Assembly (NCBI GenBank): GCA_051362555.1
Contig: CM120643.1
Location: 26,540,848 to 26,604,847 of the forward strand
Source: Lingula anatina
Lineage: Eukaryota > Animalia > Brachiopoda
DNA length: 64,000 nt
Direction of reading: 5' to 3'
Position 1 is the first letter of the stretch; the number at the start of each line of letters is the position of its first letter. The notes beneath the pieces were generated by a model. It ran no database searches. It saw nothing but the letters and a program-made list of their open reading frames with translations, and was not told the DNA's origin. Made by a program: the position numbers and the translations under genes. Shown piece by piece: positions 37,930 through 50,100 of the stretch.

Positions 37930-40439
37930 CGGTAAAGTCTTGAAAATTTCGTCGTTCTTGAAAATTTCGTCGCCAGACGATTTTCCGCCGAGGTAATTTT
38001 TTTCCCTTTGAAAACTTCGTCGACCTTGAAATTGAGGTACTCAATAATTTTTGAAAAGTTCGTCACCAAATATGGCCGCGTTGCCCAGCTCAAACATGAA
38101 GGTAATGCGTCAGTTGATTCAAGACAATGATACGATCAGGATCTCATTGCCGATAACACTCTCAATGGGAGATAGGAACAATAGTGCGCTCCTGCGAGCG
38201 GTTGCTTACAATATAGGTGGTTAACATGTGAATTCCCGTTCTTAATTGCTGGAACGTCGGCCTTTTGTCTAAATAGTTTCATTACTATTACCTGGCTCAA
38301 GGTGCGTTATCAAGCCGGCAAACAGAAGTCACAGGCCGCGGCTTTGTCATTTGTAACGCCGTTATTGTTATCGGCGGCTGTGCTAAATGAGGAAGACACA
38401 ATGAAAAAATCAAGATATTATCTCGAAGGGAAATGTACCCGTCACTTCTATTCATATCCATGTTCAATCTAGGACCTTTAACGATTACCTGCCTCGTACA
38501 TGGAGATCGTTCGCAATGCGAATGGGACAAGATGGCAATTTTCATATCTTCAGCGGAGAATCTTTCGTGTAATATCGTCAAGAGATCGTTCGCAATCCAA
38601 ACGAGACGAGAAGATAATTTTCATATTTGTAACGGACTCCGTTCGCGTAAGATCATCAGCGGGAGATCGTTTGCGATTCGAGAGAGACGAAAAGGCAATC
38701 TTCATATCTTCACCGGGAGATCGGCCGCGATGTAAGGGAGAATAAAATGCACTTTAAAGTTTTTATATTAGTTCAATGGAACTTCGTTCGTGGAAGATCG
38801 TCAGCAGGAGATCATTATTTTAACCCCCCTCCCCCTTTGAATTTTGTAAATAACATATATTTTTCGTTTTATCTTCAACCCCCCTGCTCCCGCTCACGGC
38901 ATATCTTCAGCGGAGAATCGTCCGCGTAAGATCGTCAGAGGGAGATCGTTCGCGATCCGAGCGAGACGAAAAGGCAATTTTCATTTCATCATCGGGAGAT
39001 CGTTCGCGATATAAGCAAGAATGAAATGCAATTTTCAAAATAGTTCAATGAACTTAGTTTGCAAAAGATCGTCAGCGGGAGACCATTATTCTAACCCTCC
39101 CCCTTTGAATTTTATAAATGATATATATTTTTCATTTTATCTTTAACCCCCCGCCCCCCCCCCCACTTCCCCGCTCACGGCATATCTTCGGCGGAGAATC
39201 GTTCGCGTAAGATCATCAGCACGAGATCGTTTGCGATGTATGCAAGAATGAAATGCAATTTTTATATTAGTTCAATGGATTTTAGGGAACTTCGTTCGCG
39301 GAAGATCGTCAGCGGAAAATCATTATTGATCTCTCCCCCCCCCCCCCCCCCCACACACACACACAAACACACACACAGTGACACACACTTGGGATTTAAA
39401 AAATTCATTTTCATTTTATCTTTAATCAGCCCGCCCTCCCTCACTCACGGTATATCTTGGGCGGAGAATCGTTCGCGTAATATCCTCAGGACTTTGTTCG
39501 CGTAAGATCATATCAGAGGGAGATCGTTCGCGATCCTAGCTTGACGTAAAGGCAATTTTCATATCATCGTCGGGAGATTGTTCGCGATGTAAGCAATAAT
39601 AAAATGCAGTTTTCATATAAGTTCAAGGAACTTAGTTTGCAAAAGATCGTCAGTGGGAGATCATAATTCTAACCCTCCTCCTTTGAATATTATAAATAAT
39701 ATATATTTTAAAGTTTATCTTTAACCCCCCTTCCCCGCTCACGGCATACATGTATCGGCGAAGAATCGTTTGCGTAATATCGCCAGGACTGTCGTAAGAT
39801 CGTCAGAGGGAGATCGTTCGCGATCCGAGCGAGACGAAAAGGCAATTTTCATATCATCATCGGGAGATCGTTCGCGATGTAAGCAATAATAAAATGCAGT
39901 TCTCATTATAATTCAAGGAACTTAAATTGCGGAAGATCGTCAGCGGGTGCAATTATTTTAACTCCCTGTAAATTTTTAGGAAGTTACAGATGGTAATTTT
40001 AGAAGGCCTGACACTCAATCCTGCGAAAAGCCCTGCATGCAACAAACGTTGCCAAGTGCGTATTTTTTTTAATATGTCGCGTCCAGGTTATGATGTAAGG
40101 AGGCAATTAGGCTTATCTTGATACTTCTCCTCCATCAGGAGGTATGTTTCTTACCGAGAAGATATTTTCTGGTACAGTAAGTTAAACTTAATCGAGATGC
40201 AGTAATAAATAGATTATTATTTACAACCAAAAAAACGACTTCGGAAGTAGTAATAAATATCCCACAATATAGGAGGGTCAAAGATAACAGACGCTAAGGA
40301 TAAAAGCCCAAAGGCAGGATTTTTGAAAATTTCGTCATACCCAGGAGTCGGGGAGAGGTAATTTTGAAAAATTAGTCGGATTTACACAATTAAAAATATT
40401 AATTAATTTTTAAGCGACGAAATTTTCAAGACTTTACCG
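37930..40439. mobile_element. Non-autonomous Tc1/mariner-like element (~2.5 kb) with internal CpG-rich ~280-bp tandem repeats
   Basis: TA|CGGTAAAGTCTTGAAAATTTCGTCG...CGACGAAATTTTCAAGACTTTACCG|TA. GGGAGATCGTTCGCGAT and CCCGCTCACGGCATATCTT recur between ~38500 and 39960. Confidence 0.8.
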
Positions 40440-41135
40440 TACACGTCCCCCTGAATGCTACATCAGCGCGCGTCTCTTCTGACATGTATTTTTTAATTTT
40501 CTGTCTTTGTTCATTATTTCTTTTCGTCCGTTGGTTCTGAAACGATCAAACCTTTTCCGTCAGCAAATGATTTATCTCTCTCTTTCTCATCCTGCAAACT
40601 GTCTAGCCAGCGTGGCCCGTATTTCTCCGGACTTCTGTACGCTTCGAATTTCGTAATTTCACGTTTTTCCTCCATTTTCTCAAAGAAAGTTGGCTCGTAG
40701 TTTTGCACTAAAGTTAATCCTCGTCTCCAGTGTTGATACCTTCGAATTATATCGCATCACGAATCGAATCAATCAACGAATTGTATCAGTTTCATACGCC
40801 TGTGCTTCTTCGTATCCACAACTCTAAAAACGCTACATCCGGGTACTTGACCGGCTTGTCATAAAAAGCGGAATTTAAGAATAGCGGAACGAGTACTTAG
40901 CTCTTAAAAGTTAACAGTTCATTCAAATGTCAAGTCCAATTTATATCAAATAGTGCAAATATGATGAGGGGACTTTGAAGAAAAGAGAGAAAGAGAGAGA
41001 TAAATCAAAATTGATCAAATGACGTTAGTTCAATGCATTCAACTCACTTGTCAATAAAAAAAAATAGACAAAAATTAAATAATTAAAATAATAAAATAAA
41101 TAAAAAATAAAATAAATGACATCACCAAATATTGG

Positions 41136-41183
<48 letters not shown>

Positions 41184-41961
41184 GACACAGATTTGTCTGT
41201 ATAGGCTTCAAATAACTGTCACCTGCGGTCTGTCGTCGCGGTTGGCATGCATACTGTCTCAAGTTGAAATGCAAAAACTGAATCCATGTTGAATTAACAT
41301 CTTTAACTAATTATAAGTTAATTACCTCCTGAATAGTCATTATGTTAACTTGAAATGCCAAAGTTGAATCAATGTTAAAACCTGACCAGAAAATCAATGT
41401 TGGGAGGAATAATTGAATCAATGTGAAAAATTTACTCAAACATCAACATTCAAAAATGCAAGTTGAATAAGGTTGAAATAGTGTAGGTTTCTCAACTCAA
41501 TCTTACTTCAAAGTTGAATCAATGTGGACATGCCAACGTTGAATTTGTTGTCGTTGAATCAAAGTTGAATCAACGTTGAAATGCCAACGTTGAATTTGTT
41601 GTCGTTGAATCAACGTTGAATCAACGTTGAAATGCCAACGTTGAATTTGTTGTCGTTGAATCAAAGTTGAATCAACGTTGAAATGCCAACGTTGAATTTG
41701 TTGTCGTTGAATCAACGTTGAATCAACGTTGAAATGCCAACGTTGAATTTGTTGACGTTGAATCAACGTTGAATCAATGTTGAAATGCCAACGTTGAATT
41801 TGTTGTCGTTGAATCAACGTTGAATCAACGTTGAAATGCCAACGTTGAATTATGGTCGTTGAATCAACGTTGATTCAACGTTTATCAACGTCTCAACATA
41901 AATTCAACGTTGATTCAACGTTGAATCAACGTTGTGTGCCTGCTGGGAACTTTTTAATTAC

Positions 41962-43301
41962 CTGGGCCCAACGAACTGAATATCTTGGCTTTGTCTTGAT
42001 AAAAATTTGGATACACTGTGCATGAAAGCTCCCGCTTGGTCCGAGCAAGGAAAGTCCTACAATAATAACTTGGTTCGAAGAAGTAGTTGACGTGTTCTTG
42101 CAGCTCCCCAAAGTATCCATAGCATGTGACGATGCGCTGGACACACGACTGAGTCGAGCTCACTCTCCATTCCTCTGATCTGATGACATTGCCTCTCATT
42201 AGCCTCTCACTCTGCATGTAACTTTTAGCATCGGGAGGTGACCCCAATCATCTCAGTCGTATCTCCTGAGTATCGCACAACCTTTCCGTCTTTGTAACGG
42301 TCTACAGAACAACAAAGTATGCGCTTTGCTGCTTGAAATTCGGAAAATCTGCAGTGCATTCATCGCACGTTTTCCACCACTGCTACTTGAAACTGTCATG
42401 GCCGCCTACACGAATTTAGTTTCGAATGCATGTTTACCCCCGTATTTGAACTTAGCATATACTTAATATCCAGGAATCAATAAATAAAAAGTACAGAAGA
42501 CTATTTAAGTTAATTAGTCCCTAAGTAACGTTGAAATTAACTTAAACATTCTTGAATGCAAATCGAAACTGTGGGAAGCAAAAATGTTTTACGATAATGT
42601 AGCCAGAAAATAGAAGAATTTGCGTCGCTGTTGCAAAATTTGTAGGGAAAAGGCCACGCCAGTGTTTTAATTTATGGTAGGCCCCTTGTCCATATTTTCA
42701 GTAAATATCAGTGATATTATCTAAGGTGCTCTACTAGTGGAGATATAAGGCTATTGACAGGGTGGGTATCTGCGGCAGTCATCAAGTGACCTCAAATAAC
42801 CTCGGTAGTTTGTAACCATAGCAATGGATTTATGATATAAATCTCTGTCGTTATAAAGATTATATATCCATCTTTCAATTGTGGTATTGACCGAAGTAAT
42901 GTATTGATCACTTGATGCACATTTGTGAAGCAAACTTCGATGAAAAATACACCACTCACACAGCTGAAAAGTGAGACGGGAGCCACGCGATCGAGGCAGT
43001 GAAATATGAATATGGCTGTATCTCGACAATAACGCAACGGAAAGCTTTAATATTTTACAGTTAAATTAAGGTCACAAAGGTGATTAACTGTGGGCAAAAT
43101 GAGTGTATTCTGTGAGAACCCCACCTTGCCGCTTTTTGGCTGATTTGCCTGGTGGTTAGAAAAACTTGCACTTAAAAGGTGAGGAAAAAGAGATGTTTGT
43201 GTGTAATTTCTTGTCTTTGTCATATATAAACTCCAACCATAGGAACAAAACAAAAAGATCACAACAAAGATCATAACAAAGTTGACTTGGTATTTTTTCA
43301 T
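41962..43301 (-). pseudogene. Possible decayed multi-exon gene for a type II membrane/secreted protein of unknown family
   Basis: A signal-anchor-like exon MKKYQVNFVMIFVVIFLFCSYGWSLY...KSGK|GT splices in frame to AG|LSVALLSRYSHIHISLPR...RYPPCQ*. A further coding-like segment at ~42410-41962 has stops and a frameshift and ends at CAG|GTAATT. Confidence 0.35.
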
Positions 43302-43629
43302 CCAATGAAATGCTATAAGTTTATAAGCAAAACCTTATTTCACTAGAAGCAAATTTTTATTGTAAAACGGGTACCTTTTTATACTCAGATGTTTAAGTCA
43401 GTACATGATCTGTTGGCGTCGGATGCCTCAGTGAAGGACCTGTCTTACAAATTGTCCAAATAAATGTGCTGGGAGATACTACAGTTGGACATCCAACTGT
43501 TCCAGCAAGCAGATGGCTTTCTGGAGTGTACCACGGTTCAGGACATCATGAAGAGGACCAATCCTGCATCACCTCATGCATACTTATTTTTTGAAAACTG
43601 ATAATTACAGTGTTAGATGGGGCAGAAAC

Positions 43630-44427
43630 GGTTACGTACCTATACTCCCCCGCACCGATACTCCCCCGCACCGATACTCCCCCACTTCTTTACATCCCCG
43701 CACCGATACTCCCCCGCATCGATACTCCCCCGCTTCTTTACATCCCCGCACCGATACTCCCTCGCACCGATACTCCCCCGCTTCTTTACATCCCCGCACC
43801 GATACTCCCTCGCACCGATACTCCCCCGCTTCTTTACATCCCCGCACCGATACTCCCCCGCACCGATACTCCCCCGCTTCTTTACATCCCCGCACCGATA
43901 CTCCCCCGCACCGATACTCCCCCGCTTCTTTACATCCCCGCACCGATACTCCCCCGCTTCTTTACATCCCCGCACCGATACTCCCTCGCACCGATACTCC
44001 CCCGCTTCTTTACATCCCCGCACCGATACTCCCTCGCACCGATACTCCCCCGCTTCTTTACATCCCCGCACCAATACTCCCCCGCACTGATACTCCCGCG
44101 TACCGATACTCCGCAAAAACACTACTCCCCCAAGGCATAGATTCCCTTGGCTTTGTAAACCCCATTCGTTATTTACAACACTTTCTATAATGCTTTTTTT
44201 TTTCAAGATGCATCACCCTCTTGGGACCCAGAATTGACTAATTTTATTCGAAATATATTGGGAAAAATAAAGAACGTTTCAGGAAGTCAATCTCAGACTT
44301 TGTGTGCAGCTTGACAGTACGTAGGTCTGCAGCTCTTCCTTGTGATTTTTGAGAAATGTTTTTGCAAAATTAATTTCGTTCTCCTACTGTACTCAGTAGT
44401 TACTGTATATATAATGTACTGCCTTTT

Positions 44428-44458
<31 letters not shown>

Positions 44459-45410
44459 TTAACTTAAGGCAAAGTTAGTTTTAATCTAAGATAACGCAGC
44501 TATGTCTTTTTTTCAGGCAACGATGAATTCGTAAAATTATTAAGTAATAAAAAAGAAGTGCTAAAGCGCTTCGTTTTCCGTCTTTTTCCTCCAACCTTCT
44601 TTTCTGCTCTTTAAGCTTCTTTCCCTTGTCTTTTGAATCTGAATTAGATTAGAATCTGAATTTAGCAAAATTCAAAAATTTTGAAAATTGTTGCACAACG
44701 AAATTGTCGAGACACGAGCATGCGTCGTGAGCGCGCCTTTTATACTCGCAGTCCCGTCTTGTTTTCGATTTTGTTCGTTATAGATGTGAGGGCGTGCGCC
44801 GTACTCAACACGCAAAGGGCTCTTTCTCCTTCATTTCTTGCGGCGTGCATCTTGGACCAGGCAAGTCTCACTTGCAAACCAATCGCAAACTCCTTAAATA
44901 GAAAGGGAGCAAAGTACGCTTGCGGCCCCGCTGTCCGCAGATTATTCGTAGAATCTATTGGAAATGTTCAATATCTATCGTACGTGCTTACATACGTGCG
45001 AACTCGAAATTTCGCATAAAGGACTTGCGTAGTACATGAGATTCTCCGCAAAATTTGGACTTAAACGGGTCGTAGATTTTGATCCACTTACCTAGACTGA
45101 CCCTAACCTGTATAATTAAATGGAGGGTTGACTCTGTTACTTCATCCTCAGTTTCGTCAAAATTGCATAGGGGGAGTAATGATGCGGGGGAGTATCGGTG
45201 CGGGGGAGTAACGGTGCGGGGGAGTAACGGTGCGCGTATAACGGCAATTTTACAGGGGGTTTATCGATGCGGGGATCTATCGGTGTGGGGTCGTATCGAT
45301 GTACATAATGCAAAAATTTACTAAGGGGGAGTATCGGTGCGGGGAAGTATTGGTGCGGGGGAGTAACGGTGCGGGGGAGTATCGGTGCGGGGGAGTATCG
45401 GCATGACCCC
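43630..45410. mobile_element. 1.78-kb non-autonomous DNA transposon with 8-bp TSD and GC-rich subterminal minisatellite
   Basis: Flanked by GCAGAAAC (43622-43629, 45411-45418); the empty site is present once in the parental copy (25007-25014). Inverted arrays of CGCACCGATACTCCCC occur at both ends, with a 48-bp higher-order repeat at 43640-44110. Confidence 0.9.
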
Positions 45411-45595
45411 GCAGAAACAATGTTACATTGATTAGTTGAAATACAATAACTTTGATTTGCAGTGGATTTTTCTTAGACTTATTTGTTTAATAATTTATTT
45501 ATTGATTGATTTAATATATGTGATTCCTTCAGTTATTCATTAATTGCTATAATTTGTTATTTTTCCTTAATATTTATTTATATCCATAGTTTTTC

Positions 45596-45626
<31 letters not shown>

Positions 45627-46166
45627 TAAACGTTTCCCTCAGTAAGCTCAGCAAATATTGAAAGGAATTTTGAAAGATGTTTCAATCTCAGACAGTATTG
45701 TCTTAACAATATCATATAATTCCAGAATGACCTAACCAGTGAGATCTCCAGTGATTATGTCACCATGTGGCCCATGGCTTTGGGAAGGTGAGTGACACAT
45801 GACAGGAGGTATTGCAATCGAGGTTTTGTGTAAGAGGAGTAATCTAATCTCTACCCTTGGACATAGTTTTGAAGTACGTACCCTCCCTTTATCAGGGCCT
45901 CACATTATTAATGTGCACTTTTGAGCAGAGAATCATATCATGAATTAACCAGAGACATATCTTTGAATATTTAGTAAAAATAATCTGTGACCCTGGTAGA
46001 GGGTGTTGTTTTAGAGCTTTGGACCCATGGCCCATCTGCAACATATTGACCTTAATAATTAGTTCTAAAAATATTGTCTTGTAGATTTGTCATTGGACGA
46101 GTAAGAATTGACAGATTTGTCACTGACTTCAAGCCTTTAGATGGTGATCCTTAAAAGAAACATAAA

Positions 46167-46204
<38 letters not shown>

Positions 46205-47170
46205 ATGACAATTAAACTTGAACTTGTACACAAGAATTTTAAAATCCATTTTGGTCAAAACTGTGTGCATTTATCTTGTAGCTCAAGTCAGTTGAACCTC
46301 CCGGCAGTGTCAGATGCAGTGACAACACTGATGCAGCATGCTCTCTGTGTGAATCCAACACAACCCTCTTGGCTCAAGACACAGGCAGATTTACATTTTG
46401 GTAAGGATCTAGTTGGTGATTGTCTTTTTCAATTAATTTTTGAAAATTGTGACTGTATAATCAGAATTTTAACTCTTTCATCCAAAACTGTTTCTAGTTG
46501 ACAAGAAAAATTATGCAATCTGAATTAATTTTGTATAGTTATATTAATTAGAAAGGTTATGAAATTATGCTATGAAATTACTAAAATACACTTTATCTAA
46601 TGCTACTTTTTGTATAGTCAATTAAGAGTATAAAACATTCCAGAACACCCCATTAACTTTTTTCTTCATAATGACAAAATCATTTCTGTAGCAGTTTAAT
46701 TCCAAGCAAACTATATATATTCATTGAAGTATTTGAATCATTCCCAGCACATGCCCAGTATTCTGGTGCTATGCACTGTTACATGGAGGCAGCCTTGGTG
46801 GCGTCAGACTATTTCTCCCGTCCCGTCCCCAAGACCATCCTTGATGACCAGGTGTACAAGAGGCTCATCAAGAGATGCAACTATCTCCAGTGTTACACCC
46901 AGGTAGGGGGCATTGATAGGACAATTTTTAAGATTCAGGATGGGAAAAAATAAATAAAAAGCTGAATTAAAGCCATGCTTTTATTACTCGTTTCTGTATA
47001 TCAAGAATTTCTTGGAATATCCTCTCTTCTTGACTGTGTTATTTCTGTGCTATTTCTGCTTCCATTTTGAAAGCTAAAATCTTTCTTTGCCATTTACAGT
47101 TTAATTGAAACTTCCTTTCTTACATACTGATACTGAATCTCTGATACTGATCTGTTACTTGCTTTACAGA

Positions 47171-50100
47171 AACAAGGCAGCAAAGCTGTCAAATGTACAG
47201 ACAAAAAGCAGGAAATAACAAAATAGGCTACTGTCAATTCTGATACAAAAGAACATTATGTTAAACTGCAAATTCAACATCAAATTTTAATTATGCTCAA
47301 CAGGTAATACCAATGTAAGTAAAATGTGTACCAAGCATAAGGCTTCAGGCCCATGGAAGTTCAAGTTCACACTTTGAAAATGTAAAACTTCCAGAAAAAG
47401 AAGTCAATTAGACTGCTTTTCCAACGTCAGGCTGCATTTTAGTCCTGTATTTCTTTTTTGAAAGTTTTGCAATCATAAGTAACATGGTTTTCTCATAATG
47501 GTCATCATGGCAGCAGCACCCAAAATTGTGTTTTCTTCTATTCTGATGCAATATTACATAATGGTTTACAGCATAATGACAATCAATTTTTAATAAGAAA
47601 ATATACCTATAATGGATTTTCAGAAAATGTGACTATCATGGGTCTTCAAGCCTGTGGAACTTCAAAGTCACACATTGAAAATGCCAATATGTGAAAAATT
47701 AAATTTTCACAAAAAAATGTTTAACTGGCAGATTGCATTGCCTACTGAAGCTATATTTTAGTCCCATGTTTCTTTCCTGTAAGTTTGAGAACAGTAAGTG
47801 ACATGGTTTTTCTTAAATGGTCATCATGGGAGCAGTGTCCAAAATAGGGGTTTCTTCAAATTTTGATGCAATATTACATAATGTTTAACAGCATAATGAC
47901 CATCAATTTTTAATAATAAAATACTAGTATCATGGATATTCAGAAAATGTGACAAGCAAAGGTCTTCAGGCCCATGTAACTTCAAAGTCACACCTTGAAA
48001 ATGCCAAAATGTAAACAAGACAGCACTGTCCTGAAATGTGTTTTTTTCCATTTTTAACAATTGTTTAACATATAACAAAATTAACAGTTTACTGCCATTT
48101 TTATATGATCAACTAAGAAAATTGATGACATGGGAAAAATATCAATAGAACAGTGTTTAATGTCCAAATTCCTCCATTCCGAGTTTCTGAACATAGTGAA
48201 TGAATTAATCTGACAAACTGCAATGATATGAGTTTTTTTCCATTTTTGAAACTCTATTATACAATACATGATAACAAGTTTACCATCATTTTTACATAAT
48301 CAACTAACAATGTTGTAAAGTTGCAGGAAATGTCAAACAAACACATTTACATATCTTATAAGTTAAATAATGAGACTGTTAACATGCCTAAGAATTGAAT
48401 CTGAGGAAATGTGAAAAAACAGCATAACTTATAAAATAATGGCCCCATTATGCTTATTTTTGAACTTGACCTGCGTTTTAGTAAGATTGATTACTAATGT
48501 GAGTTTCATGACAACAGGCCTATCGGTTTTCCTTGAAATGTGTTAACAATGTTGCATATATGCTAAAAAGTGAAAAAACAGCATAACTACTAAAATAGTG
48601 GCCCGATCATGCCGATTTTCGAACTTGACCTGCGTTTTAGTAAGATTGATTACTCCTGTGAGTTTAATGACAACAGGTCTATCGGTTTTCCTTAAAATGT
48701 GTTAACAGGGTTGCATATATGCTGAAAAGTGAAAAAACAGCATATCTTCTACAATAATGGCCCGATCATGCTGATTTTCGAACTTGACCTGTGTTTTATG
48801 AATATTCATCAGCTCTGTAAATATAAAGCCAAAAAGTAAAACTGCCCTCCACTTATCGTGTTAACAAGGAAAGTGCACGGCGCCGGCATCGGCATCGGCG
48901 ACGGCATCGGCGACGACAGACGCAGGTGATGGCAATATGTACAGACACAGAAGTGTCTGTACATAAACAAGGCAGCAAAGCTGTCAAATGTACAGACAAA
49001 AAACAGAAAATAAAGATGCAAAATAGGTCATTTTGTCAATTTTGATGCAATAATAAATACTGCTTATAATAGCACTGTCAGTCAACACTGAATTCTAATC
49101 ATGCACAACAGGTACCATGGTCAATAACAGGAGCGAACCCAGAGATATTTTCTGATAGTATTCCAAAGTATCTATGTTGATTCATCCCCCATTTTTATGG
49201 TCTTCCAACAGAAAAAAATAGATACCAGTCAATATAAACTTAATAACCTGACCGTCTTCCGGAAGACCCAGAAGATGGTCTCAATCCACCTCTTCAATAA
49301 GATTACAGTTTCAGGATCATGAGAGTTCAAATTCACATGATGAAAGTCTCAATTTTTGAAAAATGATGACAGTGCATAAAATAATATTACATAATGTTTA
49401 AAGACATAAAAAACAATACAACTGCTTACGTGGAAATAAAGACAAGACAGCACGGTTCTGAAATGTTTTTTTCCCCATTTTTAACAATTTTTTAACATAA
49501 AACAAAATTAACAGTTTACTGCCATTTTTATATGATCAACTAAGAAAATTGATGAGATGGGAAAAATATCAATAGAACAGTCTTAAATGTCCAATTTCCT
49601 CCATTCTGAGATTCTGAACATAGTGAATGATTAAATCTGACAAACTGCAATGATATGAGTTTATTTCCATTTTTGACACTTTTTTACACAATACATGATA
49701 ACAAGTTTACCATCATTTTTACTAAATCAACTAACAATGTTGTAAAGATGCAGGAAATGTCAAACAAACGCTTTTACGTATCTTATTAGTTTAATAATGA
49801 GACTGTTAACATGCCTAAGAAATGAATCTGAGGAAATGCGAAAAAACAGAATACCTTCAAAAATATTGGCACGATTATGCTGGTTTACAAAATCAACATG
49901 AATTTTAGCAAAACTGACCACTCCTATGACTTTCATGACAATTGGCCCATCTGTTTTTCTTATATTGTGTTTACAGTGTTGCATATATGCTGAAAAGTGT
50001 AAAAAACAGCATAACTACTAAAATAAGAAGTTTACCATCATTTTTACATAATCAACTAACAATGTTGTAAAGATGCAGGAAATGTCAAACAAACACTTTT

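Larger units (their letters stand above)
35382..41947. mobile_element. Non-autonomous CACTA/CMC-EnSpm-like DNA transposon (~6.6 kb) with nested insertions
   Basis: AA|CCCAGCAGGCACACAACGTTGATTCAACGTTGAATCAACGTTGA...TCAACGTTGTGTGCCTGCTGGG|AA: long TIR and 2-bp TSD. Subterminal arrays of CAACGTTG use a 25-bp unit on the left and a 51-bp unit on the right. Confidence 0.85.

Noticed and set aside
40514-40708. 64-aa charged ORF inside the CACTA-like element
   Set aside because: It may be a remnant of an element gene, but it has no recognisable domain, so it was not called.
41503-41817. 104-aa ORF of QRQQIQRWHFNVDSTLI repeats
   Set aside because: It is a translation of the 51-bp subterminal repeat of the transposon, with no sign of coding function.
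43576-44206. Overlapping proline-rich ORFs on both strands
   Set aside because: They are a by-product of a stop-free 48-bp minisatellite.
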